From contig CAUUGL010000007.1 of NCBI GenBank assembly GCA_963544845.1, forward strand, positions 3,471-67,470: a stretch of DNA of 64,000 nt. Direction: 5' to 3'. The position numbers were made by a program, and so were the translations under genes. The DNA comes from an uncultured Alloprevotella sp. GTDB lineage: Bacteria; Bacteroidota; Bacteroidia; Bacteroidales; Bacteroidaceae. The notes under the pieces are model-generated. The model was not told the origin of the DNA. It did not search any database and saw only the letters and a list, made by a program, of their open reading frames with translations. Shown here in pieces: positions 7,948-17,280 of the stretch. Each line of letters begins with the position of its first letter. Position 1 is the stretch's first letter.

Positions 7948-10101
7948 TTATTCTTCGTCTTTCTGTTCTAATTCGCTGACGAGTTTTGTTTGAATATCTG
8001 AAGGAACGAGCTCATAGCTGGCAAACTTCATAATGAAACTTGCACGCCCACCCGTGATACTTGACAAAGCCGTGGCATAGGTACTCATTTCTTTGAGTGG
8101 TACTTTGGCTTGCAATTTTTCATAACCATTTTCGCTGCTCATACCGATAATCATACCTCGTCGACCTTGTAGGTCACTCATCACGTCGCCCATCTTATCG
8201 GCAGGAACAAACACCTCTACGTCATAAATGGGTTCAAGGATTTTTGGACCGGCTTCGCGGAAAGCTTGTGAGAATGCATTACGCCCGGCAAGCATAAAGG
8301 ATATTTCATTGCTATCGACAGGATGCATTTTTCCATCATATACGATAACACGAACGTCACGAGCATAGGAACCTGTCAAAGGACCTTGTTCCATACGACT
8401 CATCACCCCTTTTAAGATGGCTGGCATAAAGCGCGCATCAATGGCACCGCCCACCACACTATTGATAAATACAAGTTTACCTCCCCATTCAAGGCTGATT
8501 TCTTCCTTTCCACGCGGAGTAATCCGATATTCTTGTCCACCAAAAGTATAAGTCGTTGGCTCAGGCATTCCTTCATAATAGGGTTCTACGATAAGGTGTA
8601 CCTCGCCAAACTGACCTGCGCCACCTGATTGTTTTTTGTGACGATAATCTGCACGAGCTGGTTTTGTGATGGTTTCTCTATAAGGGATGCGCTGTTGATA
8701 ATACTCTACCGGAATCTTATCGATATTCTCAAGCATCCACTTCAAGGTGCGGAGATGGAATTCTCCTTGGCCATGTACGAGAATCTGACGCAACTCTTTA
8801 CTCTGCTCCACGTCCCAAGTGGGATCTTCTTGACGCATACGATTGAGTGCAGCCATCATTTTCTCTGTGTCGGCTTCATTGACCGCACGAATAGCACGTG
8901 TAAATTTAGAATTAGGATATTTGATAAAATTGAAACGGTTGTCGCATTCTTTGCTATTGAGGGTATTCCCGGTACGCACGTCTTTGAGTTTTACTGTACA
9001 GCCAATATCACCTGCAGAGAGTTGTTCCACTTTATCACGCTGGGCACCAGAGCAAACAAATAATTGTGCCATACGTTCTTTTGAACCGCGATCAGCATTG
9101 GTTAAATCATCTCCTTCGCGCAGAATACCACTCATCACTTTGAAGTATTGCACTTCACCAATGTGTGGTTCTACCCCGGTTTTAAAGAAGTATACACTTG
9201 TAGGTCCTTCTTCGAGTGGAGCCACCTCTTCACCTCGAGTGTTGTGTACTTTAGGCATCTCATTGACAAACGGTACAACATTGCCCAAGAATTCCATCAA
9301 GCGTCCTACTCCCATATCTTTACCGGCACATACGCAAAATACGGGGAAAATACTGCGTGTCACCATTCCTTTGCGTATTCCTTCACGCATCTCATCTTCA
9401 GAAAGATGATCGGTCTCGAAGAACTTCTCCATCAAGGTTTCGTCATTCTCAGCAGCGGCCTCAACAAGTGCTTTATGCATCTCTTCCGCACGATTTCGCT
9501 CTTCCATCGGAATTTCTTCAATCGTTGGCTCTCCTCCTTCTGCTGACCACGAAAGTTTCTTCATCAAAATGACATCAATCAGCGCATTAAAGTTTGTGCC
9601 TGTATTGATAGGATATTGAACCGGTACAACTTTTGGGCCATAGATGCCTTGCAAATCTTCAACGATGGCTTCGTAGTCGCAGCTTTCACTGTCCAATTGA
9701 TTGACGAGAAAGATGACCGGTTTTCCCAGTTTTTCGGTGTAACGAAAGTGGTTTTGCGTACCCACTTCATGCCCAAATCCACCATTGATAAGCAAAACTG
9801 CTGTATCGGTTACATTTAATGCCGTCATAGCGGCCCCCACGAAATCATCCGAACCCGGGCAATCAATAATATTGAGTTTTTTCCCTTTCCACTCTACATG
9901 AAAAGCCGTGGCGAACACCGAGTAACCATATTCTTGTTCTACCGGGAAGTAGTCAGAAACAGTATTTTTCATTGTGATGCGGCCACGGCGTTTTAGGGAG
10001 CCGGCATGATAAAGTAGGCTCTCGGTGAGGGTTGTTTTACCAGAGCCGTCATTGCCGAGAAGGGCAATGTTTTTGATGTCTTGAGAGTTGTACACTTTCA
10101 T
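7948..10101 (-). CDS. elongation factor G family GTPase (EF-G paralogue)
   Basis: 717 aa. G1 motif GNDGSGKTT, DCPG, NQLD, and EF-G domains II-V. It is not located in an str operon context. Confidence 0.88.
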   Translation of the reverse strand: MKVYNSQDIKNIALLGNDGSGKTTLTESLLYHAGSLKRRGRITMKNTVSDYFPVEQEYGYSVFATAFHVEWKGKKLNIIDCPGSDDFVGAAMTALNVTDTAVLLINGGFGHEVGTQNHFRYTEKLGKPVIFLVNQLDSESCDYEAIVEDLQGIYGPKVVPVQYPINTGTNFNALIDVILMKKLSWSAEGGEPTIEEIPMEERNRAEEMHKALVEAAAENDETLMEKFFETDHLSEDEMREGIRKGMVTRSIFPVFCVCAGKDMGVGRLMEFLGNVVPFVNEMPKVHNTRGEEVAPLEEGPTSVYFFKTGVEPHIGEVQYFKVMSGILREGDDLTNADRGSKERMAQLFVCSGAQRDKVEQLSAGDIGCTVKLKDVRTGNTLNSKECDNRFNFIKYPNSKFTRAIRAVNEADTEKMMAALNRMRQEDPTWDVEQSKELRQILVHGQGEFHLRTLKWMLENIDKIPVEYYQQRIPYRETITKPARADYRHKKQSGGAGQFGEVHLIVEPYYEGMPEPTTYTFGGQEYRITPRGKEEISLEWGGKLVFINSVVGGAIDARFMPAILKGVMSRMEQGPLTGSYARDVRVIVYDGKMHPVDSNEISFMLAGRNAFSQAFREAGPKILEPIYDVEVFVPADKMGDVMSDLQGRRGMIIGMSSENGYEKLQAKVPLKEMSTYATALSSITGGRASFIMKFASYELVPSDIQTKLVSELEQKDEE

Positions 10102-10501
10102 AACGGTAAAGATTTAGAAGGTTGGTCTAAATACTGAATGGACAGTTTATAGTGACCTTTAGAATAATGGAAATAAAGAATAAATAGATGAGCATCTATT
10201 CGTGTTTTTCAGACAAGATACATCGACTTATGCGGGAAATGCTATCTCGTCTTGTCAAATCGAGTGCAATTTACAAACACTTTTCGAAACAGCCAACTTT
10301 TTCTGCTCAAAAAGTAAGTTTGGTTGTTATTTTCATTTATGCAGGTACTCAAATTTAAGTAACTCACCCCTTCTCTAATGCGAAGTGTCCATTTATCTCC
10401 TTTATTCTTTCCCTTGTCAAAGTCAAACTACCTCAATAATTTCTCCAACTGTTTTAGGGTTCTTACCCGTAGTGAAGCAAAGGTGTAGCCTTGTGATGTT
10501 C

Positions 10502-12838
10502 TCAATCGTTATTTTTCGTAGGTACAACATGTTGCCAATCTTTGGAAGAATCAATTTTGCGGAAACGGATGAAGCCTTCATCCCAATAGGTTGGCCAACC
10601 TTGGAAAATTCCGCCAACGAAGAGGGTGCGCAGACGATGACGACCCGCACGGAGAGCGATTTGGGCAGGTTGGAGACAGTTGCGGGGAACAAAGACTGCG
10701 CGGTTGTCAACCACCAACTCATCATCCACCCAAAGACAGGCATTGTGGGTTGTCCACTCGTAGACTCCGTCAGCAGGAATGTCGATGGTGCCTTCTGCCA
10801 TAGCAGCATAATGCTGTACACCACGCATATTTTTAGGTAAGTGTGTGAGACGTGTAACCTCCTCAAAGGTGTTCACCACTGTGTCGCGGTCAAAAGAGGC
10901 TTGTGCAGCATTAGCATAAGTAAACTCCCCTTGGGCATAACGCACGCTGATGCTTTGAGACTTTGTTGTCGAGGGAAGCGCTGGGCGAGGGGTTTCGCGA
11001 AGGACATTTATAATCCGTTCTGGTCCTAAAATACCGCAAGGCAATACGCAGCGCGTGCGCACCTGACGCGTGTCGCGGAGGACGATGGGGGCTGTGTAGC
11101 GTGGAGAACGGGCGGAAGGCTGACTTCCATCGAGGGTGTAGACAATATCGAGCGGGCGGGTGCTGGTGAGGGAGAGAGTCGTGCTGTCCCCCATAAACAC
11201 AATCTTGTTGCATGACACCCATTCGCCTTGCTTCTTCCCCGGCTGCTCGGGGAGAGGGATGTGGAAGTTCACACCACGGGCTTGCAGGCGCAAAGCCGCG
11301 TCGCCATCAAGTCGCTTGCAGAAATCGGAGAAATTGCGCTTGTTTTGCGGTGACCAGCCCACCTCGGCCAAGGCTAAAGCACGGGGAAAGATTTTGTATT
11401 CGAGATGTTGAGGATTGTGGATGTATTCACTCCAGCAGTTGCCTTGTACTCCCATCACCAAAGATCGCTGTGCTTCGCCGGCCTGCGACGCCGCTACCGG
11501 ATCAAGGCTGTAAGTCATACGCAGGTCACCATAGACACTGAAAGCAATCGGTTCAGTAACAAGATCACCTTGAAGATAGTCGAGATAATAACCATCACTG
11601 GCAGGCGATAATATGACAGGATGACCGGCTTTGACGGCTTCCGTAGCACCTTCTACACCACGCCATGACATCACAACGACCTCTTTAGGGAGATGCCCGC
11701 CTTCAAGCACTTCATCCCACCCGATGGGAGTCTTTCCTTTTTCCTTTAGATAGCGAGCCACGCGTTCCACAACGTAAGATTGGAGCTGAGCTTCTCGGGT
11801 GTATCCCAAGCTCTTCATACGTTGTTGACACTGAGGACAGGCTGCCCATTCGAGGCGTGGACACTCATCTCCTCCAATATGGAAAAGCGGAGAAGGAAAG
11901 AGAGCAGTCATCTCATCAATGACATCACGCAAGAAATTGAACATGGTTTCTTTACCCGGACACATAACGGTCTCTTCTACCCCCCAAATGGTGCGTGGTG
12001 TGGTGGGCACTCCTTTGCAAGAGAGTTCGGGTAGGGCAGCAATAGCGGCCAACTCATGCCCGGGAACTTCGAGTTCAGGGACTATTTCCATAGCGTGTGC
12101 AGCGGCATAGGCCACCACTTCACGTACTTCTTCTTGGGTGTAGTAACCACCATGGCGTGTGCCATCCACCTCGGTACGCCAAGCACCGATAGAGGTGAGT
12201 TGCGGATATTTCTTAATTTCAATCCGCCACCCTTGGTCGTCGGTCAAGTGCCAATGCAAGCGGTTGATTTTATAGGAAGAGAGAAGATCAATTTCACGTT
12301 TTACTTCTTCCACACTCAAAAAATGGCGACACGGATCAAGCATCACACCACGATAGGCGAAGCGAGGAGCGTCCTCAATGCTCACCGCAGGAACCTCCCA
12401 ACCCGAAATGCCCACGGCTGTGCGTTCTCCTTCTACCGCAGGCGGGAGAAGTTGGAGCAGTGTCTGCACACCATAAAAGAATCCAGCAGCATCGTTGGCT
12501 TCAATCTCAATAGCGCGTCTGGTCACACGAAGGGCATATCCTTCGGTAGGTAGTGAGGTGGATGATAGACGCAATACAATTCCAGATTTTTTGCTTCTCC
12601 CGGTCGTTGGGTGGAGCGAAAATCCTGTAGCTCGATTGACTTTTTGGGTCAGATACTGAGCTGCCGTCGTGGCGATGGGTGTTTGCACCATCACCGGCGT
12701 ATCGCGTGAGAGTGAAAAAGAACCCTGACCAGCTGTGATGTGAGCCGGGGTGGGGATGATATTAAAAGATTGGGCTGAGAGAGAAAGGGTGCTGCCTATG
12801 AGGCAGAAAAGGCCGATAAAAAGTGATGTAAAGCGCAT
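10502..12838 (-). CDS. beta-N-acetylhexosaminidase, glycoside hydrolase family 20, secreted
   Basis: Signal peptide MRFTSLFIGLFCLIGSTLSLSAQ, GH20 motifs HWHLTDDQGWRIEI and HIGGDEC, plus a C-terminal extra domain. Confidence 0.9.
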   Translation of the reverse strand: MRFTSLFIGLFCLIGSTLSLSAQSFNIIPTPAHITAGQGSFSLSRDTPVMVQTPIATTAAQYLTQKVNRATGFSLHPTTGRSKKSGIVLRLSSTSLPTEGYALRVTRRAIEIEANDAAGFFYGVQTLLQLLPPAVEGERTAVGISGWEVPAVSIEDAPRFAYRGVMLDPCRHFLSVEEVKREIDLLSSYKINRLHWHLTDDQGWRIEIKKYPQLTSIGAWRTEVDGTRHGGYYTQEEVREVVAYAAAHAMEIVPELEVPGHELAAIAALPELSCKGVPTTPRTIWGVEETVMCPGKETMFNFLRDVIDEMTALFPSPLFHIGGDECPRLEWAACPQCQQRMKSLGYTREAQLQSYVVERVARYLKEKGKTPIGWDEVLEGGHLPKEVVVMSWRGVEGATEAVKAGHPVILSPASDGYYLDYLQGDLVTEPIAFSVYGDLRMTYSLDPVAASQAGEAQRSLVMGVQGNCWSEYIHNPQHLEYKIFPRALALAEVGWSPQNKRNFSDFCKRLDGDAALRLQARGVNFHIPLPEQPGKKQGEWVSCNKIVFMGDSTTLSLTSTRPLDIVYTLDGSQPSARSPRYTAPIVLRDTRQVRTRCVLPCGILGPERIINVLRETPRPALPSTTKSQSISVRYAQGEFTYANAAQASFDRDTVVNTFEEVTRLTHLPKNMRGVQHYAAMAEGTIDIPADGVYEWTTHNACLWVDDELVVDNRAVFVPRNCLQPAQIALRAGRHRLRTLFVGGIFQGWPTYWDEGFIRFRKIDSSKDWQHVVPTKNND

Positions 12839-12902
12839 GAATAGAGGTTGGTCAGACAGAAGGTTACAGTGGGTAGAGAAAAAAGATAGGAAGTAGTTTT
12901 AT

Positions 12903-12959
12903 TTACCTCAGAGATAGTTTTTTCCGGCTCTGAGAAAAATAAAACTACCTCTGAGGTAA
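12903..12959. repeat. ACCTCAGAG hairpin repeat, copy 1
   Basis: TTACCTCAGAGATAGTTT ... AAACTACCTCTGAGGTAA forms arms of about 16 bp. A second copy lies at 24900..24952. Confidence 0.7.
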
Positions 12960-13056
12960 ATTTTCTCCCGAAATAAAGGTGCTGAAAGGGAAAGAGCAGG
13001 GTAGGGGTATTTCTCCTGTGAAAGTTGAAAAAACTGTTGATAGAGGAGTTCAGCCA

Positions 13057-13090
13057 TTAAAAAAGCCCTCGCCAATTTGCAAGGGCTTCC
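13057..13090 (-). terminator. rho-independent terminator after the YtxH triad
   Basis: On the minus strand, GAAGCCCT-loop-AGGGCTT is followed by TTTTTT. It sits immediately downstream of the stop at 13110. Confidence 0.65.
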
Positions 13091-13109
13091 TTAGTAGTCA
13101 AGGAGTGCC

Positions 13110-13373
13110 TTAACGCTTGCTTTTCTTGCGGCGAAAGAGACTGGTCAGTCCATTCAAGCGACGGAAGAGCTTATAGCCTGTAATAACACCGTCAGCCAAA
13201 AACCAAGCTCGCGAGGCAACGCTAAGCATGTTTTCAAATCGATTGTCTGTTGGTGGAGGAGGGGTTGTTAGATAAACGTAATCCTTTGCAATCCGTTCCT
13301 CTACTTGACGTAGTTCTTGTTCTACGGCAGCACGACGTGCTTTCAGTGTAGCCAGTGGAGATGAAGTAGGCAT
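13110..13373 (-). CDS. hypothetical small protein (coiled-coil N-terminus, basic C-terminus)
   Basis: 87-aa ORF starting 7 nt downstream of the stop of the preceding holin-like gene, so it appears operonic. Confidence 0.55.
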   Translation of the reverse strand: MPTSSPLATLKARRAAVEQELRQVEERIAKDYVYLTTPPPPTDNRFENMLSVASRAWFLADGVITGYKLFRRLNGLTSLFRRKKSKR

Positions 13374-13379
13374 GGGCGT

Positions 13380-13820
13380 TCAATCTAAAAAATCGTCATA
13401 AACATTTCCACGTTGCTCTGAGTGACGGGTGTGAGAGGTGGAAGTATGTTCTGTACTATCGCTGTTATTGAGAAAGAGATCTTCCAAAAGGCGGGCTATC
13501 GGATTGAGCAGGAAACGGCGCCGTAAAATATAGGCAAAAAAAGCCAAAGCAACATAGCCGACTGCAACGATAAGATAAGCCGTCGCCAATCCTCCGACGT
13601 GTGATGCCAAAAAGTGAACAGCCGCAAAGGACAAGAACACAACAACCAATGCTGCGATACCAAAAATCACAGCTCCCAGGATGAGAGAGGTGGCTAAAAG
13701 GGTCATTTTGCTCACAAAGTCGAGCTGCAGACTCTCCCAACGTAATTCGCCGTAGCGTTTGACATTTTTTATCAAACGTGCCAAGGCTTCAATGTTCTTA
13801 TCGTTTGAAAACACGGTCAA
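13380..13820 (-). CDS. phage-holin-superfamily-III-like membrane protein (Holin-X/DUF1469-like)
   Basis: 146 aa with two long central TM helices. It follows a YtxH gene, an arrangement I recall as common in Bacteroidetes. The family assignment is by resemblance only. Confidence 0.55.
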   Translation of the reverse strand: MTVFSNDKNIEALARLIKNVKRYGELRWESLQLDFVSKMTLLATSLILGAVIFGIAALVVVFLSFAAVHFLASHVGGLATAYLIVAVGYVALAFFAYILRRRFLLNPIARLLEDLFLNNSDSTEHTSTSHTRHSEQRGNVYDDFLD

Positions 13821-13823
13821 GAA

Positions 13824-14030
13824 TTATACGTTAGAAACATTAAGTTCATCGGCTATGTCATCGACTAAATTTTCGAGTTCTTTGCCGTTGAGTTTGATGC
13901 CACGCTTACGGATAGCTTCGGCAATACGTGAACGAGTGTCTTCACCACGCTCGGGGGCGAAGAGGATACCACAAGCGGCGCCAACAGCGGCACCACCGAG
14001 AAATGCTGCAAGAATGCTTAAACCTTTCAT
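13824..14030 (-). CDS. YtxH domain-containing protein
   Basis: 68 aa. An N-terminal glycine-zipper helix GLSILAAFLGGAAVGAACGILFAPERGEDTR is followed by an amphipathic helix, as is typical of YtxH. Confidence 0.72.
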   Translation of the reverse strand: MKGLSILAAFLGGAAVGAACGILFAPERGEDTRSRIAEAIRKRGIKLNGKELENLVDDIADELNVSNV

Positions 14031-14068
14031 AATAGTTGAATGTTAGGGGTTAATAATTTTTTCGACTT

Positions 14069-14076
14069 CAAAAATA
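14069..14076 (-). promoter_or_regulatory. candidate -7 box (TATTTTTG on the minus strand) for the YtxH operon
   Basis: TAnnTTTG match about 40 nt upstream of the ATG at 14030. Confidence 0.4.
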
Positions 14077-14171
14077 GCACTTTTATTTGAGAAAAGAGAG
14101 TAAACTCATTCAAAAGTGGGAAGTTTAATTTTTTTTTTGCCTTTTATTGACCTTAAATAGGATTTTCATCG

Positions 14172-14179
14172 TATCTTTG
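14172..14179 (+). promoter_or_regulatory. candidate -7 box TATCTTTG for the SPOR lipoprotein gene
   Basis: TAnnTTTG match about 105 nt upstream of the ATG at 14286. Confidence 0.35.
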
Positions 14180-14285
14180 CCACATTAAATCCTCTCCACT
14201 AAGTGAGTGTTGCTTAGAGTAAGGGAGAAGAATAACCCTATTGTAGACACAATATCATTATCATCGCATAAAAGTCATTTTCAAC

Positions 14286-14777
14286 ATGAAGAATCACATT
14301 ATTCTCGCTTTTTCTCTTTGTGCCGCTGTGGCTTCTCTCTCCTCTTGTGGCTCTCAAGAAAGCGCCTACCGAAAAGCTTATGAAGCCGCTCGTGCCAAGG
14401 AACAGCAAAACAATACGCAGGCTGTAACTGTAGCCCCCAGGCAAGAGGTTACTCCTGTGGTCACTACTCCTGTGGTTGTTGACGATACGCCCGTACGTAC
14501 TATTTCCGGCGGCGTAACGGTCATCAATGGTGAACCGCTCAAGACTTATAGTGTTGTTGTGGGTAGCTTCATCAATCAGACTAATGCTGAGGGAGTAATG
14601 ACAACATTGCGTAATCGTGGTTTTGCTGCACGCGTTGTGAAGACTAACGAAACAATCAATGGACATACCGGTTGGTTCCGTGTTGTGGCTTCTTCATTTG
14701 ATGACAAAGCCCAAGCCGCACAAAGTCGCAACCAACTCCGCAGCACGCATCCCGATGCTTGGTTGCTGCAAAATTAA
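14286..14777 (+). CDS. SPOR domain-containing lipoprotein
   Basis: Lipobox LSSCGS. The C-terminal 75 aa (YSVVVGSF...GFAARVV...WFRVVASSFDDKAQA) fit the SPOR peptidoglycan-binding fold pattern. Confidence 0.8.
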   Translation: MKNHIILAFSLCAAVASLSSCGSQESAYRKAYEAARAKEQQNNTQAVTVAPRQEVTPVVTTPVVVDDTPVRTISGGVTVINGEPLKTYSVVVGSFINQTNAEGVMTTLRNRGFAARVVKTNETINGHTGWFRVVASSFDDKAQAAQSRNQLRSTHPDAWLLQN

Positions 14778-14973
14778 AAGAGTAACACCATTTAGAGATG
14801 GGGCTTTTATTTTATTTTAATCTGAAAATTTAAGCATAAATAGATATTTGCGACCATCTATGCGTATAGTATCAACCCGCGTAAGACAGTTCATTCCTCA
14901 AACATAAGATAAGAATAGGGTAGTAAAACGGCTACCTAATGAAACTGCCTATTATATTGATAGCTATTGCTGT

Positions 14974-15064
14974 CCGCTAAATTTCAAAACGGCAAAAATA
15001 CCAGTCTAAATCCCCTTAGAATAGGGCTTTTAGCTGGTATTTTTGCCGTTTTGGAGTTTAGCGG
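14974..15064. repeat. 91-bp imperfect palindrome (31-nt arms, 29/31 complementary)
   Basis: CCGCTAAATTTCAAAACGGCAAAAATACCAG ... CTGGTATTTTTGCCGTTTTGGAGTTTAGCGG. The left arm is preceded by the ATTGCTGTCCG motif. Confidence 0.8.
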
Positions 15065-15219
15065 ATATGGGTAGTTCTTTTGCAAAGTACGAGGAGTTCT
15101 TGCTCCATTTTTTTACCTCCTAAATTTTACTGAGCAACTATAATCTTGAAAGTGCAAAAATAAACAGAAGTACTTGAGTAAGCGTCAAATAAAAAATTGG
15201 CATCTATCGTTTTTTTTCT

Positions 15220-15227
15220 TACCTTTG
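15220..15227 (+). promoter_or_regulatory. candidate -7 box TACCTTTG for ABC-F gene 1
   Basis: TAnnTTTG match ending 17 nt before the ATG at 15245. Confidence 0.5.
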
Positions 15228-15244
15228 CAGATAAATAGCATATA

Positions 15245-17188
15245 ATGATTTCGGTAGAACATCTCAAAATAGAATTTTCGACACGCCCCCTTTTTTCGGA
15301 CGTGAGTTTTGTGCTCAACAAGCGTGATCGTATCGCTCTTGTTGGTAAAAACGGAGCGGGAAAAAGTACGATGCTCAAAATTATTGCTGGCTTGCGACAG
15401 CCAAGCGAAGGAACAGTGGCAGTACAGCGTGATGTGAGTGTGGGGTATCTACCACAAGTTATGGTGTTGAGCGATGATACTACACTGATTGCGGAAGTGG
15501 AAAAGGCATTCAGCCACATCCATGAATTGCGCACTCATGTGGAGCAACTTAATCAAGAACTGGCGGACCGAACGGATTATGAAACTACCGACTACATGGA
15601 GTTGGTTGAGGCTTTCACTCGAGAAAGCGAACGCCTACAAATGATGGGTGCGCAAAACTACCAGGCCGAAATAGAGCGTACGCTGATGGGATTGGGTTTT
15701 TTACGCACCGATTTCGAGCGTCCGACAAGAGAATTTTCTGGCGGGTGGCGTATGCGTATCGAATTGGCAAAACTCCTCCTTGCTCATCACGATGTGTTGC
15801 TGCTTGACGAGCCAACCAATCACCTTGACATAGAGAGTATTCGCTGGCTCGAACAATTTTTGGTCAAAAGTGCGGGAGCAGTGATGCTTGTCAGCCATGA
15901 TCGTGCGTTTATCAATAATGTGACGAACCGCACTCTTGAGATTTCGTGTGGGAAAGTCATTGACTATCGTGTGTCTTACAATGAGTATGTACAACTTCGT
16001 GCCGAACGTCGTGAGAGTCAGCTCCGAGCCTATGAAAATCAGCAAAAGGAAATGGCTGATATTCGTGACTTTATTGAGCGATTTCGTTATAAACCGACAA
16101 AAGCCGTCCAGGTGCAAAGTCGTATTAAACAGCTTGAAAAGATAGTACCCATTGAAGTGGATGAGGTGGATACGGCCCAGTTGCACTTGAAATTCCCTCC
16201 TTGTTCACGAGCGGGCGACTATCCCATTATTTGCGAGGAAGTAGGAAAAAGTTATGGGCAGCATACTGTCTTTTCCGGTGTTAATCTTACCATAAAACGT
16301 GGAGAGAAAGTCGCTTTTGTTGGAAAAAACGGCGAAGGAAAGTCGACCTTGGTGAAGTGCATTATGGAGGAAATAACGCACGATGGCAACTTGAAAATCG
16401 GCCACAATGTCGAAATAGGCTATTATGCCCAAAATCAAGCTCAGCTATTGGACGATGAACTTACCGTGTTTGATACCATTGACCAGGTGGCTAAGGGTGA
16501 AATTCGTACTAAAATACGTGATATTCTTGGCGCATTTATGTTTGGTGGTGAAGCTTCAGAGAAAAAGGTAAAAGTTTTGTCAGGAGGAGAGCGTAGTCGT
16601 TTAGCCATGATTAAACTCTTATTAGAGCCTGTCAATCTCCTTATCTTGGACGAGCCAACGAATCATCTTGATATGCGCACAAAAGATGTACTGAAAGAGG
16701 CTGTTTTAGCTTTTGACGGTACCGTAATTGTAGTCAGCCACGACCGCGAATTCTTGGACGGATTGGTGACAAAAGTCTATGAGTTTGGAGGAGGTAAAGT
16801 GCGTGAGTGGCTGGGAGGTATTTATGACTTCCTGCAAAAAAAAGATGTCGAAAGTCTTGATAACCTTTCCGCAAATATCGTGAATGGAGGAACATCTCCT
16901 TCAGCAGGCGTTTCTGTCAGCAAAAGTTTAGATACTCCCTCAGAAGGAGCACTGTCCTATGCTGAACAGAAGGAACAAGCGAAAGTTCGGCGCAAATTAG
17001 AGCAAGCTGTAAAAGACGCAGAAAAAGAATTGGAGCGTTTGGAACAAGAAATAGCGGATATCGAAAGTGAACTCTCAACCCCGGAAGGAGCCGCGAATCT
17101 TGAACTTTGTACACGTCATGGTGAATTGCGTAAACGACTCGGTGAGGTCGAGGAGGCTTGGGGGCTTGCTGTAGAAGCTTTGAACTAA
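15245..17188 (+). CDS. ABC-F family ATPase (two ABC domains, no TMD, C-terminal coiled-coil tail; Uup-like)
   Basis: Two Walker A motifs (GKNGAGKST, GKNGEGKST) and two signature motifs (SGGWRMR, LSGGERSR), with an inter-domain linker and a charged coiled-coil C-terminus. Confidence 0.9.
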   Translation: MISVEHLKIEFSTRPLFSDVSFVLNKRDRIALVGKNGAGKSTMLKIIAGLRQPSEGTVAVQRDVSVGYLPQVMVLSDDTTLIAEVEKAFSHIHELRTHVEQLNQELADRTDYETTDYMELVEAFTRESERLQMMGAQNYQAEIERTLMGLGFLRTDFERPTREFSGGWRMRIELAKLLLAHHDVLLLDEPTNHLDIESIRWLEQFLVKSAGAVMLVSHDRAFINNVTNRTLEISCGKVIDYRVSYNEYVQLRAERRESQLRAYENQQKEMADIRDFIERFRYKPTKAVQVQSRIKQLEKIVPIEVDEVDTAQLHLKFPPCSRAGDYPIICEEVGKSYGQHTVFSGVNLTIKRGEKVAFVGKNGEGKSTLVKCIMEEITHDGNLKIGHNVEIGYYAQNQAQLLDDELTVFDTIDQVAKGEIRTKIRDILGAFMFGGEASEKKVKVLSGGERSRLAMIKLLLEPVNLLILDEPTNHLDMRTKDVLKEAVLAFDGTVIVVSHDREFLDGLVTKVYEFGGGKVREWLGGIYDFLQKKDVESLDNLSANIVNGGTSPSAGVSVSKSLDTPSEGALSYAEQKEQAKVRRKLEQAVKDAEKELERLEQEIADIESELSTPEGAANLELCTRHGELRKRLGEVEEAWGLAVEALN

Positions 17189-17280
17189 ATCCGACTTGAT
17201 GGAACTCGTAACTCAAACTATCAAATTGATTTATAAAACCTATTTAATAAAAAGTATTTTTATTTTATTCCGAAACAGCT

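Noticed and set aside
8629-9572. Multiple + strand ORFs of 70-190 aa
   Set aside because: These are shadow ORFs within the EF-G paralogue gene on the minus strand.
10102-10501. Possible ncRNA or leader element in the 400-bp gap upstream of the EF-G paralogue
   Set aside because: Only an imperfect hairpin (about 10211-10255) and a TAAATTTG box (minus strand, 10350-10357) are visible. No recognisable RNA family features were found, so it was left unannotated.
10385-10866. Overlapping 151-aa (+) and 147-aa (-) ORFs at the 3' end of the GH20 gene
   Set aside because: Both overlap the long, motif-supported hexosaminidase frame, and the minus-strand one is simply out of frame with it. Neither has independent support.
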